DNA of 63,692 nucleotides, counting the filler, from Octopus bimaculoides (taxonomy: Eukaryota): the NCBI RefSeq assembly GCF_001194135.2. It is 4 parts of 4 records of this genome, joined end to end, with 100 filler letters (N's around TTAATTAATTAA, not from the genome) between each part and the next. Parts side by side here need not be neighbours in the genome. Positions count along the whole stretch, not along the records: positions 1 to 26,876 come from NC_068984.1; 3 more parts are not named here. One strand, given 5' to 3'. Under the pieces are notes generated by a model. The model had not been told where the DNA came from. It worked only from the letters and a program-made list of their open reading frames with translations, and searched no databases. Numbering within the stretch: position 1 is the first letter of the stretch; each line of letters opens with the position of its first letter. The translations under genes were made by a program, and so were the position numbers. Shown here piece by piece: positions 1-13,396 of this stretch.

Positions 1-157
1 ACTAAGAGAGAACCAAGGAAACATTTCAATATTTAAATTTCTTAAACTTGTTTTATTTGTTTCATTATCTTTTGTAATGTTCATCATAAATAATAAGAAC
101 AAAAGAAAAAAGTAGTAGTAGTAATAACATAATATGAACAACAACAGCAACAACATC

Positions 158-217
<60 letters not shown>

Positions 218-264
218 GTAATAGTAATAAAGCAACAAAATACTAATTTTTATTCCTAAAATAG

Positions 265-838
265 TCACAAGGTCTTGAATTTGAGGAATGAATGTAGCCA
301 ACAAAATCTACTCAGTATTTTACTGGTATTATCTTTATTGAAAAAGCTATCCTTGACAGGATTTGAACTCAGGATATAAAGAAACCTAACAATTTTGCCA
401 CTCTAAGAATTATATAATGATTCTTTCTACTGTAGGCAAAAGGCCTGAAATTTGGCAGGAGTAGGGTTAGTCAATTACATTGACCCCAATGCTCAATTGG
501 TACTTGTTTTATCAACTCTAAAAGGATAAAAGGCAAAGCTGACCTCGGTATGATTTGAATTCAGAGCATAAAGTTAGAATAAATAATTTTTTTTATGAAA
601 AGTAATTTCCTAATAACAATTGTTTTAAATTTTAGCACAATTACATCAATTTTAGAAGGAGAGTGTTAGTCGGTTACATCAATCCCTATCCTTGATTGGT
701 ACTTTACTTTATCAACCCCAAAAGGGTGAAAGACAAAGTTGATCTCAGCAGGATTTGAAATCAGAATGTAAAGCATTAGAAATGTCTCTCTAAGCTTTTT
801 GAGCCAATACACTAATGGTTCTGTTAGTTCATTGCCTT
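265..838 (-). mobile_element. Three decayed copies of the same SINE
   Basis: Repeated GGTACTT...ATCAAC...AAAGG..AAAGGCAAAG.TGACCTC...GATTTGAA.TCAG segments. Confidence 0.7.
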
Positions 839-1297
839 AAAAAATATTATAATAGATACAATAAACAGCCATAACAAAAATGTTAACAATAATGATTTTA
901 AAATTATATGTAACTACAAAAATTATGTTTTTCTCCTGTGAGCTAAACAAAGTTTGATGCAGTTGACTAAATCATCCCTAATATATTACTAGTGGTAGTC
1001 TGTGTTGCTAGATTGCAATCAAGGTAACACTACATTCTCTGTTTCTTTCAATTTCATCAAAAGACAAGAGGCTGAAGTGTGCATTAAATTCTTCACTCAA
1101 TATGACAAATGGACATAAAGAACTCTTCTAATATATCTGTAGTGTGACAGATCTTTCCTGTCTCACTACATATTACTGGTATTGTTTTGTCAACCATGAA
1201 TAGATAAAAGATTAAGTTCAGTCTTAACAGAATTTTTAATCTTTTAACATTTAAACCAGGCATATCTAACCAAAGTATTCTACCTGTTTTAAGTTCA

Positions 1298-1550
1298 AGT
1301 GGAAGTGCATAGCTTAGTGGTTAGCATGTTAGACTTATGATTGTAAGATTGTGGTTTCGATTCCTGGACTGGGAAACATGTGTTCTTGAGCAAAACATTT
1401 CATTTCACATTGCTCCAGTCCACTCTACTGGCAAAAATAAGTCACACTGTGACGGATTGGTGTCCCGTCCAGGCGGGGAACTTATATGCCATAGAAACTG
1501 GGAAACCAGCCCTTATGAGTCTGTATGACTTAGAAGGAACTTTACATTTA
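1298..1550 (+). mobile_element. tRNA-derived SINE with CORE-like body (related copy about 43190-43430)
   Basis: A box TAGCTTAGTGG; B box GGTTTCGATTCC; TGTTCTTGAGCAAAACA...TTCA shared with 43270-43300. Confidence 0.65.
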
Positions 1551-4469
1551 TGTTCAAACCAACCACATTTGGCATCTCACACCTATTCTACAATGTCATT
1601 TTAAAAATAATGACATCATCAAAATCTTAAAGCCATGAGATAATGTATAAAACAATGTGAATAAATAAGCATTGCATTTGACTAAGTAATCTAAATGCTA
1701 AACGGTTTATGCAGAACCTTGAAGAATAAGCTAAATACTGTAGGTATTCTCTAACAACAAGGATTTCTCAGATAAGAACAAGGCGTCACATAAATAAAGG
1801 AGGGATAATAGTCTATTGACTCAGCCTAGAACTTATATGCCTAGAACTTATTTTTTCAACTCCAAAAAGATGGAATTCAAATGTAATATAATCTGAATAT
1901 GAACTCCAAAACTAAAAATTGAATCTAAATAGTTAAGGGGCACTCATTAATTTCCTATGTTGGTATAAAGGTACAAAAATTATAATAGTGTAGTCTGCAA
2001 ATTATTTTACAAACTTTTATGAGCAAAAGGCAAAATGCCCCCCTTCCCCCTCCCCCAATTAGATTTCAATAATACTGTTGATAATAATAATAATAAGAAG
2101 AAGAAGAAAAATGTAATTACAATGTAAATAAATGATTAGAATCATAAACACTGGAAACAAACAAACAACAACAACCACAACAAATAATTATGGATTAGCT
2201 AAATATCTGCAGCATGCCATTGACAGTATGCTGTAAAGAGGATAAACAAGTGCATGGCAGGAGGGTAAAGTGTGAAGGGACAAAGGGAATAGGTCACAAA
2301 TTATTATTGACGGGTGAAATTATCAACATTGGTACCAGTGAGTTATAGATTCTAGATGGTCAAGCAATTTATAACACAAAACATTGACAAAGCTAACACA
2401 TCACCCTCTTTCTAAAATACACACTACAAATGAATACTAATATGACATGACAACATGCCATATCATAAAGAAGATGTGATGGAAGATGAAAGTGGTTGAC
2501 AGGTAGCAAATGACAAAGACAAGATGCTGCTGCATTGAACAACATAACAATGATATATATTTCCAGCAAGCTTGTTGCTTTGAGATGGGTGAGTATGTAA
2601 ATGAACACAAGGCTTTTTTTTTTTTTTACTTTTGTAATTTTCCAAGGGGTATGTGTACATTTGAACACATGCACATGTGTATTGTATATGTCAGGTTGGG
2701 GGACTTGACTTAAGAAATAAAGAAGTGAATAAAGTGATATACAAGAATTTTTGAGTGTAGTAAGAAGAAACGCATGATGAAATTATAATAGTTAAGAAGA
2801 AACGGCATGCATTCATGTGATAAAGTGTGTATGTATGGGTAAATGTATATGCATGTGTGCACGTATGTGTATCTGTGGTGGGGTATGTGTGAGCAAAATT
2901 TTAAAATAAAATGAACGTAACAACTATATGACACATAACATGAATTTATATGTGCATCTTTTATTCTTGTGAAATTCTAAGTTCTAATAGAAAAATTAGA
3001 TGAATGAGGAGCAAAATAAAACCTTTTTTATTTTTGATTATAATGCTGTGTGTTTTTAGTACTGGGTCTATTTCATGATTACTTAGTGAAATGGAAAGAT
3101 ATTTAGGATTCAAGAACAAAAGAATCCAATGTAAAAAATGTGTAGTGTTTGGCAACAGTCCAATGGTGTGGAATAACTCAGATAAGAATTAAGAATTATA
3201 GAATGTGGAGTGAAGTCATTAAAAAAAGTGTACATAACATAAAGAATAAAAGATAATTCATTTAACATGAAAAAAACCCACAGCTTAAATGTGATTTTAA
3301 AAATATTAAACTCAATAAAAGATATTCTGCTCTTGTTACTAAAACTGTTACCTATTTAGCTCTGGTTCATGTAATTAGGTTGCAAAACTTTAAAACAACA
3401 AATGAGAGATCAAGTTATTTTTTAGTTCTAAAACTAAGAGGACCAGTTGTTAAATATCTTGACTGATGCAAAAAGCATGTTTCTCATTTTCTAGAATTCC
3501 AGATAGATAGATGATGGATTAGATTTAATAATTGTCTTCTCTCTAAACCAAAGAAGATTAAATTATCTTGGAATAGCAAAATCCTTGAATTAAAGAATTG
3601 CAAACAACAATTCATTCTTTATCCTTTATATTTGTATTTCTCAGTTATGGACCAATATTTTGGATCTTTTTCTGTATCCTGGCTTGTGTATTCTATGAAA
3701 GGGCTTGTTGCATTGCAGTGTACCTAAGATTAAATAAGTTTCCCAATCAATAATTTATACATTGTATATTGTTTTCATCTGCTGCAGAATTTCAGGGACA
3801 GTAAGGGAGAGAAAGAAGAGAGAGAGAGAGAATAAAAGAAGGAAAGGGGAGAAGAAGACAGAAAGAAATGCACTGTTTGGTGAGATGGCTCAAAACATCT
3901 GATGAGATATTGATCTAATATTCAAATGATACCATATTTTCCCCACACCCTAGCAATTACAGATCGATGTATATTTGTTTGGCTGATAGCTCTTCTGTAC
4001 GTGATGTATTGTTTTGTTTTGTTATTATTTATCCAATATGCACAGTGGTGCTGTGCATAGCATGGGAGTGGTGGATAAAACTTTCTAAGTGAAAGAAGCA
4101 TGCTACAAAATACTAACAAATTCCTGATTGCAACAAGGACAATTCAAAGCCAATAATTAGAGAATGGTGCCATTTTTTTTTTCTTGCATTTATAGCATGC
4201 TTTGATTTTTTTTTTTTTTTTTTNNNNNNNNNNTAAATTCTCCCTTTCTGAAAGCATTTGTTCTTGAAAAACATTCACTGATTCAAAAACTAAAAAAATA
4301 TAATCTAAAAACTTTCTAAAGAAACAAATAATAATAATAATAGTAATCGTAACACATTTTTTTTTCTGGTGATAATAGGGACAACACGTAACAGGAGACT
4401 TGTATACTGTTATATCTATGAGAGGAAATTTAGCATTCCAGTTGAAAAAAAACAAAGACATGTACTTAC

Positions 4470-4517
4470 AAGCATTTGAATTGGTTGGATCCATTGAAGG
4501 GACCAAAATTTCTGTTG
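4470..4517 (-). other. Candidate 48-nt exon of an unidentified gene
   Basis: ttgtttcaattcag|CAACAGAAATTTTG...AATGCTT|gtaagt; open frame TEILVPSMDPTNSNA; no homology recognised. Confidence 0.3.
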
Positions 4518-5551
4518 CTGAATTGAAACAATAATAGTTATTTTAACGATCCCTCTAGAATTAGATTCTATTGGAAAAGGTGAGCGCCAGCAGGGGAGGA
4601 AAGATGAATGAAGGAGAGCAACATATGAAAATGCTTCAAAGTCAGACTACAGCTACTCAAGATGAAAAGTGTTACTAATTTGAAAAGAAAAATTTTAAAC
4701 ATGACAGAATCATTTGTGGGCAAGCTTGCATGGAAAAATGAAAGATATGGATTTAAAAAGGATTCAAACTAATGGGTATGTTTTGTTATATTTTGAGAAA
4801 AAAAAGCTATACAAAATTATTATAGAAGTTGATTTTAGTATAGAATTATGAATATTTGGACCTTATTTTGTTGTCAAAGAATGAAGGTATCCAGCAACCA
4901 AAGACATTTTGACTTATTTCTACAATTCTCCTAACACCTAGACCATATATGAATGGGTTGGAAAGTTCCATAAATGCTTATTTAGAAATTAAATTGCTTA
5001 AATCATAAAGCTATCATTAAAAAAATTCGTAAAAAAACGATGTTGGGGTTTTTAAGGGACAAGATAATTTGGTTTAAAGAGAATGTTAATGTAGTAATGA
5101 AGTAACATTAGAGTAAGCTAATGTGCTGAAGATTTTATGATTAAATTAGCAGAAATATCCAGTGTTGCCTGGGTTAAGTAAAATAATGAAATTTAAAAAT
5201 GCCTTTTATATCTCCAACTAACATGAAACATAGACTATGCAGGTGTCACCGCCTAGTAGCTGAGGTACATATATACAGGAATACATATCAAAATGTATAT
5301 GTCTATAGTACATACACATACACCTACATACATTTGTATGTATGTACATACACACATACATACACACACATACATAGATACATACATGTATACGCATAGA
5401 TACATGTATGTGTGCGTAGATAAATAGATAGATAGACAAATAAATATATATAGGTAGGTAGATATATATATATATAGAGAGAGAGATAGACAGACAGATG
5501 CATAGATAGATAGACAAACAGATAGATAGATAGACAGATTATATGTGAACA

Positions 5552-6212
5552 TTTTATTTTTAATCAGTAGAAGTTACCAAGTAATTAAGGAACTCAACAT
5601 TCATAAGTTCCATACATGTGTCCTATATACACATTTATAAGTATATATATACATATACACACACATATATATAGACACATGTATACCTTTAGAAATACTT
5701 TTTTTTATCACAAATCATCACAACTCTAATGATGTATATATATGTGTGTGTGTACACACAAACATAGGTACATATATACATATAATATTCACACACAAAC
5801 ACATTTTCTTTTTCATCTGTAGAAGTTATGAAGTAATTAAGCAACTCAACGTCTGTAAGTTCCGTACATGTGTCTTATATACACATATATATGTACATAT
5901 AGATATATACAAACATATATATATAAACACATGTATACCTTTAGAAATTCTTTTTTGAAATTGTCACAGCTGTAATGATGTATACATATGTGTGTGTGTA
6001 CACACATACATAAGTACATATATACATAAGTACACAAATGTATACATTTTATTTTTAATTTGAAGAAGTTACAAAGTAATTAAACAACTCGACGCCTGTA
6101 AGTTCCATGCAGGCATCTTATATACGCATACATAAGTACATATATACACACATACATACCTTTAGAAATGCTTTTTTTATCAGAAATCATCACAACTGTA
6201 AAGATCTATACA
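5552..6212. repeat. Three diverged tandem copies of a ~245-bp unit
   Basis: Each copy has TTTT..AGAAGTTA..AAGTAATTAA.(C/G)AACTC.AC...TAAGTTCC and TACCTTTAGAAAT...TCACA.CT.TAA, separated by (TA/CA)n. Confidence 0.85.
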
Positions 6213-6989
6213 TTCATGTAAGATATTCTGTGTGTGTGTGTGTTCATATAATTTGAAAATATATACTAATTTGTCATTAGAATATAATTTCAGTCTCTCT
6301 ATGAAAAGTAAACAAACTGGTTATACCACAAGATGTTATTTCTCTATGGACAGAAACAGTGGTTAACCAAGCTAGCCTCTGGTCTTCTTTAGACCTCAGA
6401 GAAAGAACATGCATCTTATGTACCAAAGGCTGGCAGCATATAGCTATTTGTAGCAAATACAAACACAGACACAGCTAAATAACATTATAAGCACTATATA
6501 ACAGAGATTAAATGACAATTTTCTCCCCAAGATTCTTAACAGTATTCAACATGACATCATGCAGCTGTAATTCATTATACTGTTGTTCTTGTTGAAGAAC
6601 TAGTGGAATCCATAGTTATAGTTCTTGTTTTTTTTTTCTAAGTATGGAAAGAAAATGTTATGCAACACCAGTATATTTAGGGCCTTGTTTCTGATTTCAT
6701 ACACTCACTTGTCACCACTGTTTTGGTGGTATTGGTTGCAACAACAGTACTTGTAAGTCATTCCAATTTATTTATTTTTTTGTATCTTATAACTTGCTCA
6801 TGGTTCCAATGTATAATGGAAGTGTCCCTCTATAGTGTTAAGACAAAATACTAAATATTGTCCATAGCAGATGGAGCTGAAGTTCTGAGAAATCTCACAA
6901 AGTGTGTGTCTGTGAGAACCTTGCTTGGTTTATGTAAGATTAGCCCTTTGGCAGTGTATGGCAAAGAAAGAATAATTGCTTAAATATTT

Positions 6990-7720
6990 GCTAACAGAGG
7001 GTCAAAGTAAAGGATATGCATAGGGAACACAATAAACAATGAATAAAGTTCAGAAATGGATTAAGTGCTAATAATGTGGTTCAATTTCCATGTGAGTAAA
7101 AAAGTTGAGCTGTCCAGAGAACTGACGAAGGAACATGGCAATTTTTTTCTTAAAGAACTAAGACAAGATTACAAGTATAATTAAGAAGCAGCTTGGTTTA
7201 AATTTTCAAGCAGCATTAGATGAAAACTATTCAGCAGACAAGAAAACATGCTGCATTTATTGATGAGAGTACAAAAGAAGATTTTGGTAACAAACAAAAA
7301 AAAAGTTATGAGTAGATTTATAATGTTGATGAGATTTCCTTGTATTAGAGAAGTGCTCTAAGAAGAACCCTGAAAACTGAACGTATAGAATCATTAATAG
7401 CTCATAAGGCATGGGTAGATCATATCAATGTGATGAGTTACTCTCGGCTTTAATGCTTTGGAACTCACAAATCTAAGTTACTGATCAGCAAAAGTTCACA
7501 TATCAGAGCTTTCAAAAGTACGACGCAGATTTAAAACAAATGACTGTGCCAGCAAGAATGGGTTGTCAACACCTAACATTACAACTAGCATTACAAAGAA
7601 ATTATGTGAAAAAATATTTTGTTCTCTAAGCAAGAGATCATAGTAACTGCAGAACAGTATAGGAGATTCTTAATGAATTTAATGTAACAAAGATGGTTTA
7701 CTGCTTTGCTAATGCTGAAG
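6990..7720 (+). mobile_element. Highly decayed Tigger/pogo transposase remnant
   Basis: Fragments resembling GWF..FK.RH...SAD and IYNVDEISLY..L.RTL (compare IYNADETGL.W..LP..TL). Confidence 0.5.
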
Positions 7721-9079
7721 GCACATGGATCAACTAATGTTGTCAAAGTTATTTCTCTCACTTGATGCTTTTAAATTTTAATCCCCACTCCATGTCCCAA
7801 CAAGACAAAGTTTCCTTTTCAAATTGCAAGGATACTTTCAGTTAATGAAAGATTTACAATTCCATTTATTACATATATGAAACTCCACTGTACTTAGCAT
7901 GAAAATGCTCTCAAGAAGTACTTTTCCCCAATTCTGTTGGTGGGTGTGTGTGCATCCACACAAACATCTGTACAAACACACACATGCTTACTTATGATAG
8001 AAATAACTGTAACCAAATGAAAGTGATTACACAACTCCTGTTCTTTCATCCTTCATTCATGGTTGATACTAGCTCTGTACTAATGCCATGGCTTAGCTGA
8101 ATCACTACATTATATCTTTGTGTGTGTGTGCACGTGCATGCATGTATGCAGGTATGTATGGCAAAAATAACAAGCAGAAAATGCACTAAATCGTTTTATC
8201 TAATTTCAAATTGCAATACCAATAAATAATTTTTGCATAATTTTGAAATACAATAAAAATACATATAAAATATAATAGTCACAGATCTTTCCTATGGGAT
8301 TAACATTTCCTATGTTGTTATTGCCAATATAATCATAATATTAACAACAAGTATCATAAGTTATAAGGACATCTCAAAATAATATGAAGCAGTTAATTTC
8401 TAAAGTGCATTTCTATGTTTAGAAACTGATGTTCCAATGTTGAAATGCTAAAATAGCAGTTAAACAAAAAATGTAATTTACAAACAAATAAGATATATTA
8501 TTTTTACTGACTTTTCTTTATAGCTTATAAAGTCCCTAACCATGTCAAAGTAACATGGCAATGTTGTCAGTAAATATAACATTCATGCTATGGGAAATAC
8601 CTATGATTATTTTGTTTCACATAATACAGTATATTGAAATTATACATAAAAAACTCTGTGTGGAATTGAAGATTATCAATAGAGGTGAAACCGGTTGGGC
8701 AAGATTTGTAAATAATTTATTGTTATACTGTAGCTTGAAATTATGCAAAAACATTTAAAGTGCTTGTATTTTGAAATTGGATAAAACATTTAGCATAATC
8801 CAACCTTATATTTCCCCAATATGATGTAATTTGGGGAGATATTTTGAACTTTTTCACAAAGTGTGAGCGTGTTAGGGTGTGTGCACATGCATGTACTTAT
8901 ATATAAACTTGGTGGTACAAATTTGAGAAATAGAACTTGAAAAACAAAGGTAAGGTGGAGAATAAATATTTTATTACTTAGTTGTAAAGCACATGTGTAT
9001 ATATGCTTGGTGCATCTTTTCTGAATGAGCAAGAAGCCATGAAGTGTCACATCAGTAGACTCATTCCTTCTTTAATTTT

Positions 9080-9118
9080 TCCACACATTAATACATATAT
9101 ATGTGTGTATATATATAC

Positions 9119-9167
<49 letters not shown>

Positions 9168-9355
9168 TATATATATATATACATTTATACACATATATCT
9201 ACACAGATATATATATACACACACACATATATACATATATATACTCACATATATATATGCTCACATTTATATATACACATATGTATACATATATATATAC
9301 ATATATATATATATACATATATATATACATATATATATATACACATATATATATT

Positions 9356-9412
<57 letters not shown>

Positions 9413-9439
9413 GCACACACACACACATACATATATATA
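9080..9439. repeat. (TA)n/(TACA)n compound microsatellite; similar tracts at 5300-5540, 25480-25628, 42180-42297, 63300-63606
   Basis: Seen directly in the sequence; source of the Y/I/H/T-rich ORFs. Confidence 0.95.
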
Positions 9440-9655
9440 CAGGGTGCAATGGGTAAATTGTTGCCCTTTTATAATTCTAATTTCACACATACTCATTGTT
9501 TCTTTTCATTTTGTTGATTACACGCTATAGTAGCATCAGTTTGGCACCGTCTGTGAGGAAATTAGCACCATGATGCAATCCACTCTGCCAGAAATTTGGA
9601 AATGACATGCTGTACTGCTTGTTATTCATACTAAAAGCTCCAATATGAACATTTG
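9440..9655 (+). mobile_element. Tc1/mariner 5' end fragment
   Basis: TA|CAGGGTGCAATGGGTAAATTG TIR-like start after (TA)n; truncates GIY-YIG relic A. Confidence 0.55.
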
Positions 9656-10341
9656 TTTACTTAGACTGGTGCTAGCCTCTTCCTATCCCTAAAGGTGTTT
9701 TCATGATTAGCTACCCTTCTTATTATTTAATTTTCTCTAGAACCTATATATAGAAATAATCCTGTCCCTCAGATATTACCTTACACCAATATATTACGCC
9801 TTTTTTCCTACAAAAAGAATTTAATGGACATCGTTTTCCTTTGACACAATTGCAAGTTTTATTCTTAGAAGAGTTCCCGGTTTTGTTACTAATAGTGCCT
9901 TCAGAGTTATCCTCATTATATTTATTTTCTATGTTATGAGTCTTTACCATTAATTTAAGATTATTTACGTTAGCGTGTTTACTGTTTGCATTACTATCCA
10001 CTTTGTCATTGTTTTCCTTACCTATCTTAATACTTTTATTGTTTTCTCTTTTACGTTTGTTGCTGCTATTATAAGTAATAGTATTTATATTTGTATTATC
10101 AATATTTGTATTCATATTATCGTTTTTGTTGTTAATACTATGATTATTGCTTCTTCTTTTAAGAGATTGTATGTTTAAATGCATAGATTCTAGCGGCGAG
10201 TCCTTAAGAGTTACTTCCCTTCCTTCGTTTGTTGTGTATCTCATATCATCATTGAAGTTCTTGGATTTTTGTCATTTAATAATTCATTCTTATTTTCTTT
10301 ACTCCTATTATTGTACAAAACATTTAATCTTTTAGTATTAT
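9656..10341 (-). mobile_element. Penelope-type GIY-YIG relic A with Asn-rich N-terminal region
   Basis: ORF 10244-9744 ends TCNCVKGKRCPLNSFCRKKGVIYWCKVISEGQDYFYI; a frameshifted continuation gives KKRVANHENTF...STSLSK before it is cut by a mariner end. Confidence 0.8.
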
Positions 10342-11074
10342 NNNNNNNNNNNNNNNNNNNNNNNNNNNNNNNNNNNNNNNNNNNNNNNNNNNNNNNNNNN
10401 NNNNNNNNNNNNNNNNNNNNNNNNNNNNNNNNNNNNNNNNNTAGCATGGAAAGCGGACGTTAAACGATGTTGATGATATATATATATATATGCAATCATC
10501 AGATTTACAATTCTACCAACACATCTTCAGGTTCTTTTCCAAATATTGTTAACCTAATTTTACATCATCTCAAAATTAAGTGTTAAATTAATCATTAAAA
10601 ATTAAAAAAATTAAATTTTACAAAATTAAGAATTATAAATATAAATTATTATACATATATCAAACTTATAAAGCCAAATATAGATTGTCAGATATAAAAT
10701 ATACAATTATACATTAGAATAAAGATATCTGTGATTAAATGGGGAAAATAATGTGAAAAATAAAGATACATATCCTCTTTGAATAGAATCAGGATGTCAT
10801 TCAAAATGGCGATTAGAGGAAGTGAAAATAGCAGAGCACTATGGGAATTTATAGTTGATTAGTTCCAAGGGGGTAATTTCACTATTCATAGTTTAAACTA
10901 AATTATATTCTTCTCTTATTATCTTCTATCCAACTGTGTTGAAGGATATATGTAATTTGTTATAATGTTTAGATATATCTAAATTAATTTATCTATTTAA
11001 TTATTTATATAATATATTCAACTATGGTAGAGATCAAGAGTGTGTAGTGATTAGCATCAAGAGTGTTGGGCAGT

Positions 11075-11512
11075 TCAGTATTTCATTTTACTGAAAGTAA
11101 AATTATTTTGGTGTCTACATTTGGCTCCTCTTTTATCGTATGTGTTTAGTAATTGATCTCTAGACTGTATTAGATTCACAAATTCTGTTATACATAAAAA
11201 ACACATTTTATTCCCAATATTATAAGAGTGGGCTCTACCTATTATACTCCAACTAAGGGTGTAATCTCTTTTCCTAGATTTCAATTCCCATATATATTTA
11301 CTTAAACATGTGGACTTACTTAAATTAAGATTTTTGAAAGCCTGGTAATGTTGGGAGATTCTTTTTTTAATTTCATTAACTGTAGATCCTATATAAACCT
11401 TATTCATATTTTTATTAGTATTGTTCTTAGAGCTTACTATACATTTATAAATTACATTATCAATATTACAATTATTAGAGAGCTTACATTTTGTCTTATC
11501 ACGACATGAACA
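11075..11512 (-). mobile_element. Penelope-type GIY-YIG endonuclease B (uninterrupted 145-aa frame)
   Basis: CSCRDKTKCKLSNNCNIDNVIYKCIVSSKNNTNKNMNKVYIGST...RISQH...LSKYIWELK...YTLSWSII...KMCFLCITE...LLN...KCRHQNNF; an in-frame TAA lies immediately upstream. Confidence 0.85.
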
Positions 11513-11699
11513 TTAATCTATATGTGGATTAAGATTCAATCACTATCGGTTATATTATGGCTAGAGTCTTTAAGGTACGAAATTAGTTTACTAAACCCAT
11601 GTGGAATTATACTTACACTTGCATTTGAAGATAGAGAAATAGTTAGCCAGTCGAGATTTCACATAATAATATTAACAATAATCTCTCCTTAAATCGTAA

Positions 11700-12135
11700 T
11701 ATTAATGAAACTAAGCCTTGCAATTGTGGCCCTAATAAAACTTGTGTCCGAAATGAAAACTGACGAATTAAAAATGCCGTGCAGCAATGGAACATTACCT
11801 CTGGTAAAAAGGAATATTTTTATATAGAATTATCCTCTACAGAACTGAAATTTAAACTGACTAACCATTTTTCTACCTTCAAATACAATTATAAGCGTAA
11901 TTCCACTGGGCTTAGTAAACTAATCTGGCACCTTAAAAACTCTAACAAGCTTTTTTCTTTAGACTGGAAAATTTTATCGATATCATTTCCTATGACAAAG
12001 GGAAATCTTTCCATCCACTTTGCAAAGAGTAACAATTTTCAACACTCTTTTCCAAACATAATCTGGTGAACATGTTTACAGAGTGAGTTTACAGATGTAA
12101 ACATTGCAAAAAACACTCCTTCACTTTTTAAAAAT
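11700..12135 (+). mobile_element. Degenerate Penelope-type GIY-YIG relic C
   Basis: KPCNCGPNKTC...FYIELSS...NHFSTFKY...STGLSKLIWHLK...FSLDWKILS, with stops and frameshifts; head-to-head with copy B. Confidence 0.75.
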
Positions 12136-13117
12136 AGTATCTACCCCTCACCTAACAATAATTTCTGCAAATTATCCTTTATTTTTTCTTTATTATTTAT
12201 CCTTACTTCCCATAATCTTTGTTCCTCCATTCATTCTTTCTTCCCATCCTTTATCCATCCAATTTTGCAAGCTCCTCTCCCCTCTCTCTCTTTTAATTTT
12301 GTTTTATCTACCCCCTCCCTATTTATCTATACCTTCTCCCCTCCTCATGAAGTATATTTCCTTAATGGCATTTTCAAATATATGAGAAATAGATAGAGAT
12401 ATNNNNNNNNNNNNNNNNNNNNNNNTATATATATAGATAAATAAACAAATATATAAATATATTTGCCACATACTGGGGATAAATATAAGAAATAGAGATA
12501 GAAAAATAAATAAATGAATCTATATAAAGGGAACAGATACATAGAACATATGAAGCGAATCCATACACACACACACAAACACACAAGAAATTTCACGGAC
12601 GGCCACAACAATGTCAACAACACAATGACAGCAGCAGTGGTGGTTACAATGATGGCAATAATAACAACTACCACCATGGCAACACTGTGGGCGAACACAT
12701 ACACAGGCATACAGGAACTGTACCATATTTTTGGATCTTAGGACAGCAGCACAATGGGTTGAGAAGATGGGGCTGATGAGGAGGAAGCCACACTGCTGCT
12801 AAAAATTATGACACACACACACAAGCATACATGCACACACACACACACACACACATGCACACACACAAACAAGAACACAAATGCACCTTAGAAGAACAGA
12901 ATGGAGTAAGTGGAGCAAGAAGACACAAGAAAATGAAGTGCCACTGAAGAGGTCACAGATGTGAGACAAAAGATTTACGGACAATGGACATGAGTTAGAA
13001 CAATAAAATAGGAACAGTAATAAATGAGAGACGAAAAAATATATAGTGTGTGTGCTTATTTGGTAAAAAAAAAATGGAAATGACTATCCTGAAATACAAC
13101 AAAATATTATATATATA

Positions 13118-13342
13118 TAGGGTGTTCAAAAAGTCTCTGCAGTAAGTATGTTATTGCAAAATAAATATGAGATAGTGTGAGACTACAAAGGAATATATTA
13201 GACTTTATAAGACTTCAAAAAACTTTATAAGAGGTATTGAAAGTGTTGTCCTTCATTTTCAACTTTTTTATTGCCATGTGAGCACTTCCTAGGCTAATTT
13301 CTGCAGGACGAAAAAAATTCACTGCGGAGAGACGTTTTGAAC

Positions 13343-13348
<6 letters not shown>
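13118..13348. mobile_element. Tc1/mariner-type MITE
   Basis: TIRs TAGGGTGTTCAAAAAGTCTCTGCAGT / ACTGCGGAGAGACGTTTTGAACACCCTA; TA on both flanks; no ORF. Confidence 0.85.

Positions 13349-13396
<48 letters not shown>

Noticed and set aside
3647-3760. Possible plus-strand terminal exon YGPIFWIFFCILACVFYERACCIAVYLRLNKFPNQ*; other small exon-like segments at 2574-2595 and 8630-8707
   Set aside because: No recognisable homology and no consistent chain of exons; such splice-like signals are frequent in AT-rich DNA.
3898-3930. Other CTGATGA/CTGACGA matches (about 3898, 12773, 24058, 47405, 58562 minus)
   Set aside because: No downstream GAAA with stems I-III.
6310-6480. SLWSSLDL as an F-box-associated motif
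   Set aside because: The context (C..C....HI..C..YKHRH) fits a decayed RLE-LINE zinc knuckle better; too degenerate to call either way.
9003-9530. Long Y/I/H/T-rich ORFs, and poly-I/N/L/Y ORFs at 14229-14537, 18891-19206 and elsewhere
   Set aside because: They are translations of (TA)n, (TACA)n and (AAT)n microsatellites.
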